Origin: an uncultured bacterium | GTDB taxonomy: Bacteria > JAGOEH01 | Reading direction: 5' to 3' | Assembly: GCA_964632485.1 (NCBI GenBank) | Contig: CAZWDO010000008.1 | Coordinates: 124,001 to 168,453 of the forward strand | Length of the DNA: 44,453 nt | Shown: piece by piece, positions 10,296 to 19,111 of the stretch | How the letters are laid out: the number at the start of each line of letters is the position of its first letter | Position numbering within the stretch: position 1 is the first letter of the stretch | Notes under the pieces: generated by a model | The model's database searches: none | What the model was told of the DNA's origin: nothing | What the model saw: only the letters and a program-made list of their open reading frames with translations | Program-made: the position numbers and the translations under genes

Positions 10296-11984
10296 TTACG
10301 GAATCCGATTGATTTGAATCTGATGGTTGTTTACAGTTTCCAGCGCTTCAGGGTATCCGGCATCGAAATGTCGGGCCACACCAATTCCTGGATCAGTTGT
10401 TAAAACGCGCTCCAGTCGGCGAGCTTTTTGTTCCGTGCCGTCGGCGACGATCACCATGCCGGCATGGGAAGAGTACCCGATACCGACTCCGCCGCCGTTG
10501 TGGAAACTGACCCAACTGGCGCCATTAACTGAATTAAGAGCGAAGTTAAGTAACGGCCAGTCGGCGACGGCGTCACTTCCATCCAGCATCGCTTCGGTTT
10601 CGCGGTTGGGTGATGCGACTGAACCGGTATCCAGGTGATCCCGTCCGATGACGATTGGCGCCTGAATTTCTCCGTTGGCAATTAATTTATTCATTTCCAG
10701 AGCAAAACGAGCCCGTTCGCCATATCCCAACCAGCAAACCCGATTGGGTAGTCCCAACTGGGGAACCATTTTTTGCGCTTTTAGTATCCATCGCCGTAAG
10801 GGTAGGTTTTCCGGAAACATTTCCAGCGCCAATTGATCGAGCCGCTGAATATCCTTAATATCCCCCGATAAGGCTGCCCAGCGAAATGGACCGCGGCCCT
10901 GGCAAAACAGTGGGCGTATATACGCTGGAACGAACCCCGGATAGAGGTATTGACCTTGAGTATCGCGTACGGCCAGTCCTCCGATTTCCGCTTGCGCCCG
11001 TAAGTTGTTGCCATAGTCAAAACAGATGGACCCTTGCTTCTGAAAATCCAGAACAGCCTGAGTGTGCGCTACCATGGCGCTATATGAACGACGGCGGTAT
11101 TCATCGGGATTTTTTTCAAGTAACCGCAGATTGTCTTCCAAATCTCCGGTAGGTATATAGGCTTTCCAGTCGTGAGCGGAAGTTTGATCGGTAACGATAT
11201 CAGGAATAAATCCGGTTTTTATAAGATAGGGATGGATTTGCGCGGCATTTCCAACTAATCCGATTGATAGGGGTTTTTTGAGTTTTCTATATTCTTCAAC
11301 CCATTTCAAGGCTTCTTCGACCTTATCGGTCATTCGATCGCAATATCCTTCGTTGACTTTACGGGCAACACGGTCCGGCCGGACTTCCACATTAAGAATG
11401 ATCGCATCGTTCATGGTGGCGGCCAGAGGCTGGGCGCCCGACATTCCTCCCAGACCGGCGGTCAAAATTACTTTCCCGGCCAAAGAATCTACCCCCCATT
11501 CTTTTTGGCCCAGAGCGGCGAAGGTTTCATAAGTACCCTGAAGTATCCCTTGGGTGCCGATATATATCCAACTGCCGGCGGTCATTTGCCCGTACATCAT
11601 CAGTCCGGCCCTGTCCAACTGGTCAAAATGATCCTGGTTCGACCAATGGGGCACTAGATTGGAATTCGCGATAATCACTCGTGGAGCTTCGGGATGGGAG
11701 GGAGCAATATAAACGGGTTTGCCGGACTGGACGCATAAGGTATGACGATCGTCCAGTTTTTTCAAAATTTCAACAATTTGATGATATGCTTGCCAATTTC
11801 GGGCCGCGCGGCCAGAACCCCCGTAAACAATCAGGTTTTGCCAATCAATAGCCACATCCGGGTCTAAGTTATTCATCAGCATCCTCAATGCCCCTTCAGC
11901 ATCCCAGTTGGGACAACGGCGCTGGTTTCCCCTCGGCGCGCGTATCGGGGCTGTGGGACGAAATTCTTCGAACATGGGTCTCAT
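10296..11984 (-). CDS. hutU: Urocanate hydratase
   Basis: [81 protein letters not shown] motifs. Confidence 0.97.
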   Translation of the reverse strand: MRPMFEEFRPTAPIRAPRGNQRRCPNWDAEGALRMLMNNLDPDVAIDWQNLIVYGGSGRAARNWQAYHQIVEILKKLDDRHTLCVQSGKPVYIAPSHPEAPRVIIANSNLVPHWSNQDHFDQLDRAGLMMYGQMTAGSWIYIGTQGILQGTYETFAALGQKEWGVDSLAGKVILTAGLGGMSGAQPLAATMNDAIILNVEVRPDRVARKVNEGYCDRMTDKVEEALKWVEEYRKLKKPLSIGLVGNAAQIHPYLIKTGFIPDIVTDQTSAHDWKAYIPTGDLEDNLRLLEKNPDEYRRRSYSAMVAHTQAVLDFQKQGSICFDYGNNLRAQAEIGGLAVRDTQGQYLYPGFVPAYIRPLFCQGRGPFRWAALSGDIKDIQRLDQLALEMFPENLPLRRWILKAQKMVPQLGLPNRVCWLGYGERARFALEMNKLIANGEIQAPIVIGRDHLDTGSVASPNRETEAMLDGSDAVADWPLLNFALNSVNGASWVSFHNGGGVGIGYSSHAGMVIVADGTEQKARRLERVLTTDPGIGVARHFDAGYPEALETVNNHQIQINRIP

Positions 11985-12035
11985 TCCATCCTCCTTTTAA
12001 TAATAATTCCCGCTAGAAATTGTGTTCACCCATCA

Positions 12036-14135
12036 TCAAGCCGAGGGTGATTCGCAAACCCTGACCTGGTTGCGGCCATTACGTTTTGCCTGGTAAAGGG
12101 CATCATCAGCGCAGCGGATGAAAGTATCCATTGTATCCGCCCGGGACCCAAGCAAATCGGAAATCCCCATACTGAAAGTAATTTTTAAATTGTGGGAATG
12201 ATATTTAAATGTTTGGTTTTCGATAATTGAGCGGATTTTTTCGGCGACAATGAGCCCCTGCACTAAATCGGTATCAGGGAGTATGATCATAAATTCTTCC
12301 CCGCCATACCGGCCGAAAACATCCTCATTGCGCAAATGCTCGCGGATTAGTTTTGAGCTTTGGTGAAGAACCAGATCACCGGCCAGGTGTCCATATTTAT
12401 CGTTGAGGGTTTTAAAATGATCGATATCCAGCATCATGCAGATAAGGTTTAATTGGTGTCGCTGAGCGCGGCTAAATTCCCGCATGAGGACGGTAAAAAG
12501 AAAACTTCGGTTATAAACCTGGGTCAGTTCATCCGTAATGCTGTTAATATATAGAATTTGATTTTTTTCTTCCAATTTTTGATTTACTTCCTCAAGAGTC
12601 AAGTTTTGTTGGCTAATTTTTATCTGTTTCTCCTCAATTTCCTTATTTTTAAACGTTAATTCAGAGTTAACGCTTTTTAATCGGCGTCTGCTTTTCAGAA
12701 TAATAACTGCCAGAACAGCAAATCCCAGCAACATAAACAAAGTGGTTACGATGAGCATCTGCTGGCGTTGCACGACTTGATATTGAATATCCAGATTTTT
12801 TTTTAGAAGTAAGTTTTCCTGCTCTTTTTTTTCAACGTCATAGCGAAATTTCAAACCTGCTATTTTTTGCTCTAAATCGACATTAGTGATACTGTCCTGG
12901 AGTTCAACATGTTGTATATAATACATGTAAGCATTTTTAAAATCGCCTTGAGCGCTGGCTAATTCAGCGTATGTTTTATAAATATCTCGCATATAGATGC
13001 GAAAATTATTTCCCACGGCCAGTTTTTTAGCAGCTTCCAGATAATGCTGGGCGATGATGTAGCTGCCGGAAGCGATATGACACCGCGCCAGATCGATATT
13101 TGTTGAGCAAAGTCCCAATTGATCGCCGATGGTTTCCTTGGTTTTAATCGATCGTTCCAGATAAAAAATAGCCTCCGGGTATTTTTTTTGTTTTAAATTG
13201 ATACGGCCGATAACACTCAACGCATCGGCTACCCCCGTTTTTATATTGCCCTGTTCACTCTCTTCAAGGCAGCGCTCGCTGTAAAACAAGGCGCTGTCTA
13301 TATTATTCGCATTGAGATGAATCGTGTTAATCACAGATAAAACCATGACCACACCCACCCTTATGCCATCAATTTCAGCCATTTTTTCATAAATACCTAA
13401 TGAGATGTTCGCTTGGATTAAGGCTTCCTCATAACGTTCCATGGTATTATAGTATTTAGCCAGATTGAAAGCGGTCCATGCGTATCCTTCTTCGTAATCA
13501 ATTGCTTTGAAAATTTCAGATGCTTCAATCAGCGCTTCCAACGCCCGTTCATGATCTCCCAACAAGCGGAGAATATTACTGATACTATTTAAAGCGGACC
13601 CAACGGTTTTTTTGTTGTCAACTTTTTTAGAAAGATTAAGGGCTTTTTGATATTCCTTGTACGCTAATGGATATTGCATAGAATATTGATAAGCCTGGCC
13701 GATGCGGTTGTGGATAATTCCCTGATAGAGAACATCATCGTTTGCTTCAAAAATCTCTAACGCTATATTAAAATAAACTAAAGCCGAATCATACGCCCGA
13801 ATATTGAGAAACGCATACCCATACAAATAAGTCAGTTGAGCGAAACATGAATCGCTTTTATTTGCCTCAGGCATAGCCAGCCCCATCCGTGCATAATGGA
13901 TAGCCGAATCCGGCAGCCGCAGGCTCAAGGAATCAGTTAACTCGCATATAAAGCGTAGTTTAGCAACCCCGTTTGCCTGGTTAATTTGTGCGCGCAATGA
14001 ATCAATGAAAGGTTGGGCGTGAAGTGTCGGGGCAACGACGAGCGTATAGGCAATATAAATGATTATGCCCCCAATGAATATCGATTTATAGCAGGTTTTA
14101 ATGCGCGCAATACGGCATAAAAAAATATGACTCAT
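12036..14135 (-). CDS. Membrane-anchored TPR-sensor diguanylate cyclase
   Basis: Signal/TM segment, TPR-like helical repeats, TM helix, coiled coil, then a GGDEF domain (DIDHFK, GHLAGD, RYGGEEF, with RxxD I-site RNED). Confidence 0.92.
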   Translation of the reverse strand: MSHIFLCRIARIKTCYKSIFIGGIIIYIAYTLVVAPTLHAQPFIDSLRAQINQANGVAKLRFICELTDSLSLRLPDSAIHYARMGLAMPEANKSDSCFAQLTYLYGYAFLNIRAYDSALVYFNIALEIFEANDDVLYQGIIHNRIGQAYQYSMQYPLAYKEYQKALNLSKKVDNKKTVGSALNSISNILRLLGDHERALEALIEASEIFKAIDYEEGYAWTAFNLAKYYNTMERYEEALIQANISLGIYEKMAEIDGIRVGVVMVLSVINTIHLNANNIDSALFYSERCLEESEQGNIKTGVADALSVIGRINLKQKKYPEAIFYLERSIKTKETIGDQLGLCSTNIDLARCHIASGSYIIAQHYLEAAKKLAVGNNFRIYMRDIYKTYAELASAQGDFKNAYMYYIQHVELQDSITNVDLEQKIAGLKFRYDVEKKEQENLLLKKNLDIQYQVVQRQQMLIVTTLFMLLGFAVLAVIILKSRRRLKSVNSELTFKNKEIEEKQIKISQQNLTLEEVNQKLEEKNQILYINSITDELTQVYNRSFLFTVLMREFSRAQRHQLNLICMMLDIDHFKTLNDKYGHLAGDLVLHQSSKLIREHLRNEDVFGRYGGEEFMIILPDTDLVQGLIVAEKIRSIIENQTFKYHSHNLKITFSMGISDLLGSRADTMDTFIRCADDALYQAKRNGRNQVRVCESPSA

Positions 14136-14411
14136 GAATCTCCTTGTAGTTGAATATTTAACGCTGTTGATAGGGTTAATCGGTTTTTTATCCGCTTTGT
14201 TTGATTGTTTTATTTTTGTTTTCGTGGGATCGGACTGATTGTCGCTTTTATGACTGATGGATGCTTCGGTTGCCTTTCATTCCATTGCTGGGAATCTGGA
14301 ACGATAATCATACACGGTAGCGTTAACTTTACTGTATATCACGGATATAGTCCCTGAGGAATTTTCCGGGGGCATTCCAAAATTGATAATACTTCTGGTA
14401 TCCATAATTCT

Positions 14412-14440
14412 ATAGTAATGATTACTGAGTAAAAAATCAA
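14412..14440 (-). promoter_or_regulatory. Putative sigma70 promoter upstream of the diguanylate cyclase
   Basis: Minus strand TTGATT (14440-14435)-17 bp-TACTAT (14417-14412). Confidence 0.5.
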
Positions 14441-14491
14441 GAAAAATTTGAAAATAAAAATTTTAATGCCGATTGTTATTTTGATAGCATA

Positions 14492-15451
14492 TTATTGGAT
14501 TAATCCGTTGGATAGTAGATTTTTTATCAATAAAAATGCTTTGCTTTTTTCCTGGGCACTGGTATTAAGAAAAACTTGATTGGTTAAATCCTTCAACAAA
14601 CCTGTTTTTTTTAAGCATTGATTAAATAAATCCGGATATAGAAAGTAAAAATGGAACTCCCTGTTCATTCGGTCTTTATTCATATGAAAATAGTGAACCC
14701 CCGCAATTTTTTCTTTTACTTTCCTTTTAGTATATAAAATTTTGTTTTCGGCTATTGCATCAGACAACACGCAATTCCATTTATAGGCATCAGCCTGATC
14801 GGTTGATTCATTATATAAATAATTCATTGCGAATTGATCGCTTCCCCATTCCTGATCGGAAATAAAACCGGATTGAACTAATTTTTGAAATTGGTAGAGT
14901 TTGTTTAGAAAAGATAAAGCATTGCCGCCCATGAATCCACCGTTTATATGCCCTCCGAATTGATCCAAAAGAAAATCATATTTTTTCATCATTATCGTCC
15001 ATTCAGTAGGGTATTGTTTAATTTTGCCTCTCAACGGCCGATTTCGGCTAATTTCAGTAGAGTAAACGCAACCGTGACAATGCTCGATTTTTTGGAAAAG
15101 ATGTTGAATATCATCTTGAAACCAGATATCCGCATCAAAATGAACAAATGTAGTATCCGTTGGATATTCCTCGATTATAGGTATCACATCGAGCAATCTT
15201 CGATTGACAATCAGTTTCTCTTTATATCCGTTGGGAAGAACGCGGCGGATGAATCTAATGTTCAGCGATTCTAAAGCCCTTTTAATCGGATGATCGATTC
15301 CATAGTCCAGAATGAATATTTCATTTTGATAATGGCCCAAGGTACGTAAACTGATTGCCCATTCCAATAAATAAATACCAGAATAGTAGCTTGCGCTGGT
15401 AAAAATGACCTGCTTATTAGTCAAATAAGGGCCCATTCGCATCGTTTGCAA
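14492..15451 (-). CDS. GT-A fold nucleotide-diphospho-sugar transferase-like protein
   Basis: SLRTLGHY...ILDYG, DxD motif HFDADIWF, INGGFMGG, SDQFAMNY, KWNC and VHYFH. The true start may be the TTG at 15424 (TTGA overlap with the upstream stop). Confidence 0.65.
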   Translation of the reverse strand: MQTMRMGPYLTNKQVIFTSASYYSGIYLLEWAISLRTLGHYQNEIFILDYGIDHPIKRALESLNIRFIRRVLPNGYKEKLIVNRRLLDVIPIIEEYPTDTTFVHFDADIWFQDDIQHLFQKIEHCHGCVYSTEISRNRPLRGKIKQYPTEWTIMMKKYDFLLDQFGGHINGGFMGGNALSFLNKLYQFQKLVQSGFISDQEWGSDQFAMNYLYNESTDQADAYKWNCVLSDAIAENKILYTKRKVKEKIAGVHYFHMNKDRMNREFHFYFLYPDLFNQCLKKTGLLKDLTNQVFLNTSAQEKSKAFLLIKNLLSNGLIQ

Positions 15452-16227
15452 ATATAGTAAAATTCGGATTTAATTTTACCAGTTGTTTTTAATAGCATTT
15501 CCCGATAGGTAGGTGAATTAAATATATTATTAAGTGTTTGCTCGCAAATATTACCAATAATTACTTCCTTTTTCCAATCCATGCAACAAATAATCATGTC
15601 TCCGTTAATATGGAAATTAATCCATTCGTTGTTTCTTTTCCGTTTACAACCCCGAATTGTATGATGGTAGATGGTATTGGTATAAAAACCTGCCCTTGAT
15701 GAATATTCAAAGAGGGTCCATTCCCCATTCTTTTTTTTCCATGAGGGAGAAACCTTAACAACCAAATTAGAATTAAGTTTAATATACGTAATGGATTGAA
15801 TCATATATTGATAATCTTCCGGGGAGATATTGGATTGAGTAATATAATTGTATGAATTGCTGTCATAACCATAAAGTGAAATATATATCTGAGTGAAATT
15901 GGATGCAATTATATCTGGGGCATATTTTGGAACAAGAAGGCCATTGGTTGAGAAAATTGTATATGCATGGGGGAGTATTTTTTTGACATATTGAACGCGT
16001 TCAAATAATAATGGATCTAATAATGGTTCATTTTGAAAATATAAATGAATATTTAGATTAGGAGTAATTATTTCATTATCAATTTCTTTTTTTAATTCAT
16101 GGATGATTCTTTTAAACAATTTCATATCCATGATTTTCCCGGAATGGGAAATACTCTTATAGGGGCACATACGACAAGCTGCATTGCATGCGTCGATAGT
16201 TTGAATCTGGACAAAACAAATTTTCAT
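15421..16227 (-). CDS. Radical SAM protein with SPASM/Twitch domain
   Basis: CNAACRMC, NEPLLDP, STNG; C-terminal GC...NGDMIICCMDW...IGNI...CKRC. Confidence 0.9.
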   Translation of the reverse strand: MKICFVQIQTIDACNAACRMCPYKSISHSGKIMDMKLFKRIIHELKKEIDNEIITPNLNIHLYFQNEPLLDPLLFERVQYVKKILPHAYTIFSTNGLLVPKYAPDIIASNFTQIYISLYGYDSNSYNYITQSNISPEDYQYMIQSITYIKLNSNLVVKVSPSWKKKNGEWTLFEYSSRAGFYTNTIYHHTIRGCKRKRNNEWINFHINGDMIICCMDWKKEVIIGNICEQTLNNIFNSPTYREMLLKTTGKIKSEFYYICKRCEWALI

Positions 16228-16255
16228 TCAGTTCCGGCCTGAAATCCATATCACG

Positions 16256-17161
16256 CTATTTTACCCAGTCGCAATGATGGCAAATATTGTAATTTTTATA
16301 ATCCAATCGCATAAATTCTTTGCGTATATCCTTAAAAGAGGAGTTGTTCCAGATATCCTTAATTGATTGGGTGTTTGTGTCGCCTAATATTATATCGCCG
16401 TTGAAATCCATGCAGCAGGGAACGACTTCTCCAGTATATAGAACGACCATGGTGTTCCATGGGAATTCACATGTGAATTTCTTTTCACCCGCTATATTGA
16501 ATTCTTTACCGCGTCCATAATTATGTAATTGAGTAATGTTCAATTTATCATTCCAAACTGGATTGATTTGAGATTTGAAAAGATGGACAAATTGTTGTAT
16601 CTGGCGGTTATTCGTTTCCATTGGGATATACTGAATGACGATACTGGGTTTGGTTTTATTCAATTTTCTTCTGACATTGAAAAAATTGAGCGTATTGGAT
16701 AAGGTTTGCTCGAAATCTAAACCTCGCATGGTATTATTATATGTTGGAGCATCTGTACCGTAGAAGCTGATTTTTATCCGGTCCAGTCCATTTTGGATTA
16801 ATGTATGCGCCAATGAATCGTTTAATAACGACCCATTGGTTACTATATAGGTGAATTTGATTTTATAATCTTTGGCAAATTTGATTTTTGCAGGCAGATC
16901 CGGGTCTATAAGCGGTTCGCCATAATTATGCAGATGAATTCGATTCACTTGTGAGTATCGCGAAATTTCCCGAATCAGTTTTTCAAAGAGAAGGAAATCC
17001 ATGATACCAGTAGGTCGCGTCATTTTATCCCGTGGACACATCACACAATGGGCGTTGCATAGATTAGTGTTTTCTATCCAAACTTGATTGGGGAATTCTG
17101 ATTTTTTGAGTCGTTGGAGTCTGACTACGCTTTCCATACATATGGAGGAAAATCGATCCAT
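16256..17161 (-). CDS. Radical SAM protein with SPASM/Twitch domain
   Basis: CNAHCVMC, GEPLIDP, TNGSLL; CEFPW...GEVVPCCMD...CHHC. Confidence 0.93.
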   Translation of the reverse strand: MDRFSSICMESVVRLQRLKKSEFPNQVWIENTNLCNAHCVMCPRDKMTRPTGIMDFLLFEKLIREISRYSQVNRIHLHNYGEPLIDPDLPAKIKFAKDYKIKFTYIVTNGSLLNDSLAHTLIQNGLDRIKISFYGTDAPTYNNTMRGLDFEQTLSNTLNFFNVRRKLNKTKPSIVIQYIPMETNNRQIQQFVHLFKSQINPVWNDKLNITQLHNYGRGKEFNIAGEKKFTCEFPWNTMVVLYTGEVVPCCMDFNGDIILGDTNTQSIKDIWNNSSFKDIRKEFMRLDYKNYNICHHCDWVK

Positions 17162-17175
17162 AACGCTTCCTTAGG

Positions 17176-18087
17176 TCAATAAATCTCTTCACATTGCAGG
17201 CAAACCGGATAGGTTTGATATTGGATTGCCATAAAATCATGTCGTATTTGATTCATCCGTTCACCCTTCCATATATTTTCGATTGTATCGTCATGCAAAT
17301 TTCCAATAATCTGCTCCCCATTGAAATCCTTGCAACACGTCGAGACTCGCCCATCTTGTAAAATCATCAGAGTCCACCAGGGCCGTTCACAGGTAGAGTA
17401 AATTTTTTTTAAAGAAATGTAATCTCTACCGCCACCGTAATTGTGTAATCTACCAAAATTAAAACTGTCGCCCAAAGCCGGAGTAATCAACGAGGAAAAC
17501 TGATGATAGAATTTTTTGACTGAATCCTGCTTTTCTAAGATGGGAATATAGCGCAGGGTAATTGATGGTTTATGCATTCCGATTTGCTTTCTAAACCAAA
17601 ACAGATTAAAGATATTATTTAAAGTTGAATGGTAATCCAATCCGCGCATTGTTTTTTCATAGGTATTCTGACGTGTCCCATAAAAGCTGATGATAATTTT
17701 ATCAATACCGGCACTTAATATCGATTGGGTTAACTCCGGAGTCAATAATGAAGCATTTGTCCAAAATAAGACACACGAGATTTTTAATTTTTTTGCGATT
17801 TGAATACGTAGTGGGAATTCTTTATCGATCAGTGGTTCGCCATATCCCTGAAGATGTACCGATTGAATCGGATGCTGAGCAATTTCTTTAATTATTTTTT
17901 CAAATAAATTGATCGACATGATCCCGCTAGGGCGTGTCATCTTTTCCCGCGGGCATATTATGCAAGCGGCATTGCACAAATTGGTGTTTTCGATACGCAC
18001 TTCTTGCGGGAAATTGCCGACTTTCAGCTTTCTTAACTGTAAAACACTTTGAAGGGTTTTTGTTTCGAATTCTATTTTATTATTCAT
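17176..18087 (-). CDS. Radical SAM protein with SPASM/Twitch domain
   Basis: CNAACIIC, GEPLID, TNASLL; CERPW...GRVSTCCKD...CLQC. Confidence 0.93.
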   Translation of the reverse strand: MNNKIEFETKTLQSVLQLRKLKVGNFPQEVRIENTNLCNAACIICPREKMTRPSGIMSINLFEKIIKEIAQHPIQSVHLQGYGEPLIDKEFPLRIQIAKKLKISCVLFWTNASLLTPELTQSILSAGIDKIIISFYGTRQNTYEKTMRGLDYHSTLNNIFNLFWFRKQIGMHKPSITLRYIPILEKQDSVKKFYHQFSSLITPALGDSFNFGRLHNYGGGRDYISLKKIYSTCERPWWTLMILQDGRVSTCCKDFNGEQIIGNLHDDTIENIWKGERMNQIRHDFMAIQYQTYPVCLQCEEIY

Positions 18088-18190
18088 TAACTGATAGTTG
18101 TCCTCAATAATGATTTGATTGAGAATCGTATGAAAATGTAAGTAAAATATTAAACTGTGAGAACTCCAGTATATATTCTTCCCAACAAGA

Positions 18191-19111
18191 CTATGATTTA
18201 GGTCGCCGGCCTGAGAGAAAATTATTTATAACTTCGAGAATTTTAAATTCCCGATTAGAAAAATGAAGAACATAACAAGGAATTTGCTGAATAAATGAAT
18301 GGAGTGAATTTTTAATTCTTTCTCCAAAAATAGGTTGAAAAAAGGGTACGAAATGGAAAAAAAATTCTAGCTGAGATATCAATACCCAATCTGGAATGGG
18401 CATTACTTCTAAAAAAGTTTTCGTATCTTGCTGAAGTAATAAACAAAGTTTCATCGGTACGGGTGGATAAGATGGCAAATCAGAATTTATATCATATTGG
18501 TAGAACGGTGAGGGTACCAGCATAAAAGAATCATTGAGTTTCTGGATGAATATTCCGTCATCGCCGTAGAAGGTAACACGGTCTTTCAGCATTTGATAAA
18601 TAGTGCTTTTTCCGACGCCGCTCGAACCCAGACATACAATCCCCCGGTTCAGATAATCGAATCCAACTCCATGTAACGCAAGGCCATCGTTTAGCAGATG
18701 GATTAGGGAAAAGATGAAAAAAAAACCATTCGTATCGAGGTACTGCCACTCTTGACATAAATCCTCAGCTATCCAGTGTCCCGTTCGCGTATTGGGTTCT
18801 AATTCAAGCGATTGGGCACAGTAATTCATCCGTAGTCTGATTTTTTTGTCAGAACCTATGGATTTCCGATTAAAATAGAGTGGCATGTAATCGATTTTAA
18901 AATCATCTTCATGGATCAAAGGGAGTTCTTTATACTCTTTGCGATAGATAAGATTAAATCCATCAAAGGGAGTTAAATCATCCTTAATACTTTTATTAAT
19001 AAAGGGTTGAACTTTATCTGGGATGCCAAAAGGAATCGAGGAATCCGAGTGGACCCTGAATCGGTTCTTAAGGATTCCGCATTCAACCGAATTGATGTAG
19101 GAACTACTCAT
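18191..19111 (-). CDS. HprK-related P-loop kinase (ScmC/PadeK-like, RiPP-associated type)
   Basis: LHGVG (cf. LHAS), Walker A GSSGVGKST and the downstream GDD acidic pair, in the HPr-kinase order. Confidence 0.75.
   Translation of the reverse strand: MSSSYINSVECGILKNRFRVHSDSSIPFGIPDKVQPFINKSIKDDLTPFDGFNLIYRKEYKELPLIHEDDFKIDYMPLYFNRKSIGSDKKIRLRMNYCAQSLELEPNTRTGHWIAEDLCQEWQYLDTNGFFFIFSLIHLLNDGLALHGVGFDYLNRGIVCLGSSGVGKSTIYQMLKDRVTFYGDDGIFIQKLNDSFMLVPSPFYQYDINSDLPSYPPVPMKLCLLLQQDTKTFLEVMPIPDWVLISQLEFFFHFVPFFQPIFGERIKNSLHSFIQQIPCYVLHFSNREFKILEVINNFLSGRRPKS

Noticed and set aside
9044-11984. hutUI without hutH/hutG as an unusual pathway
   Set aside because: Split hut loci are common and the other genes may lie elsewhere in the genome.
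18088-18190. Possible missed PqqD/RRE gene inside or next to the cluster
   Set aside because: The intergenic spaces (103 bp here, under 190 bp upstream of the precursor) are too short for a ~90-aa protein.
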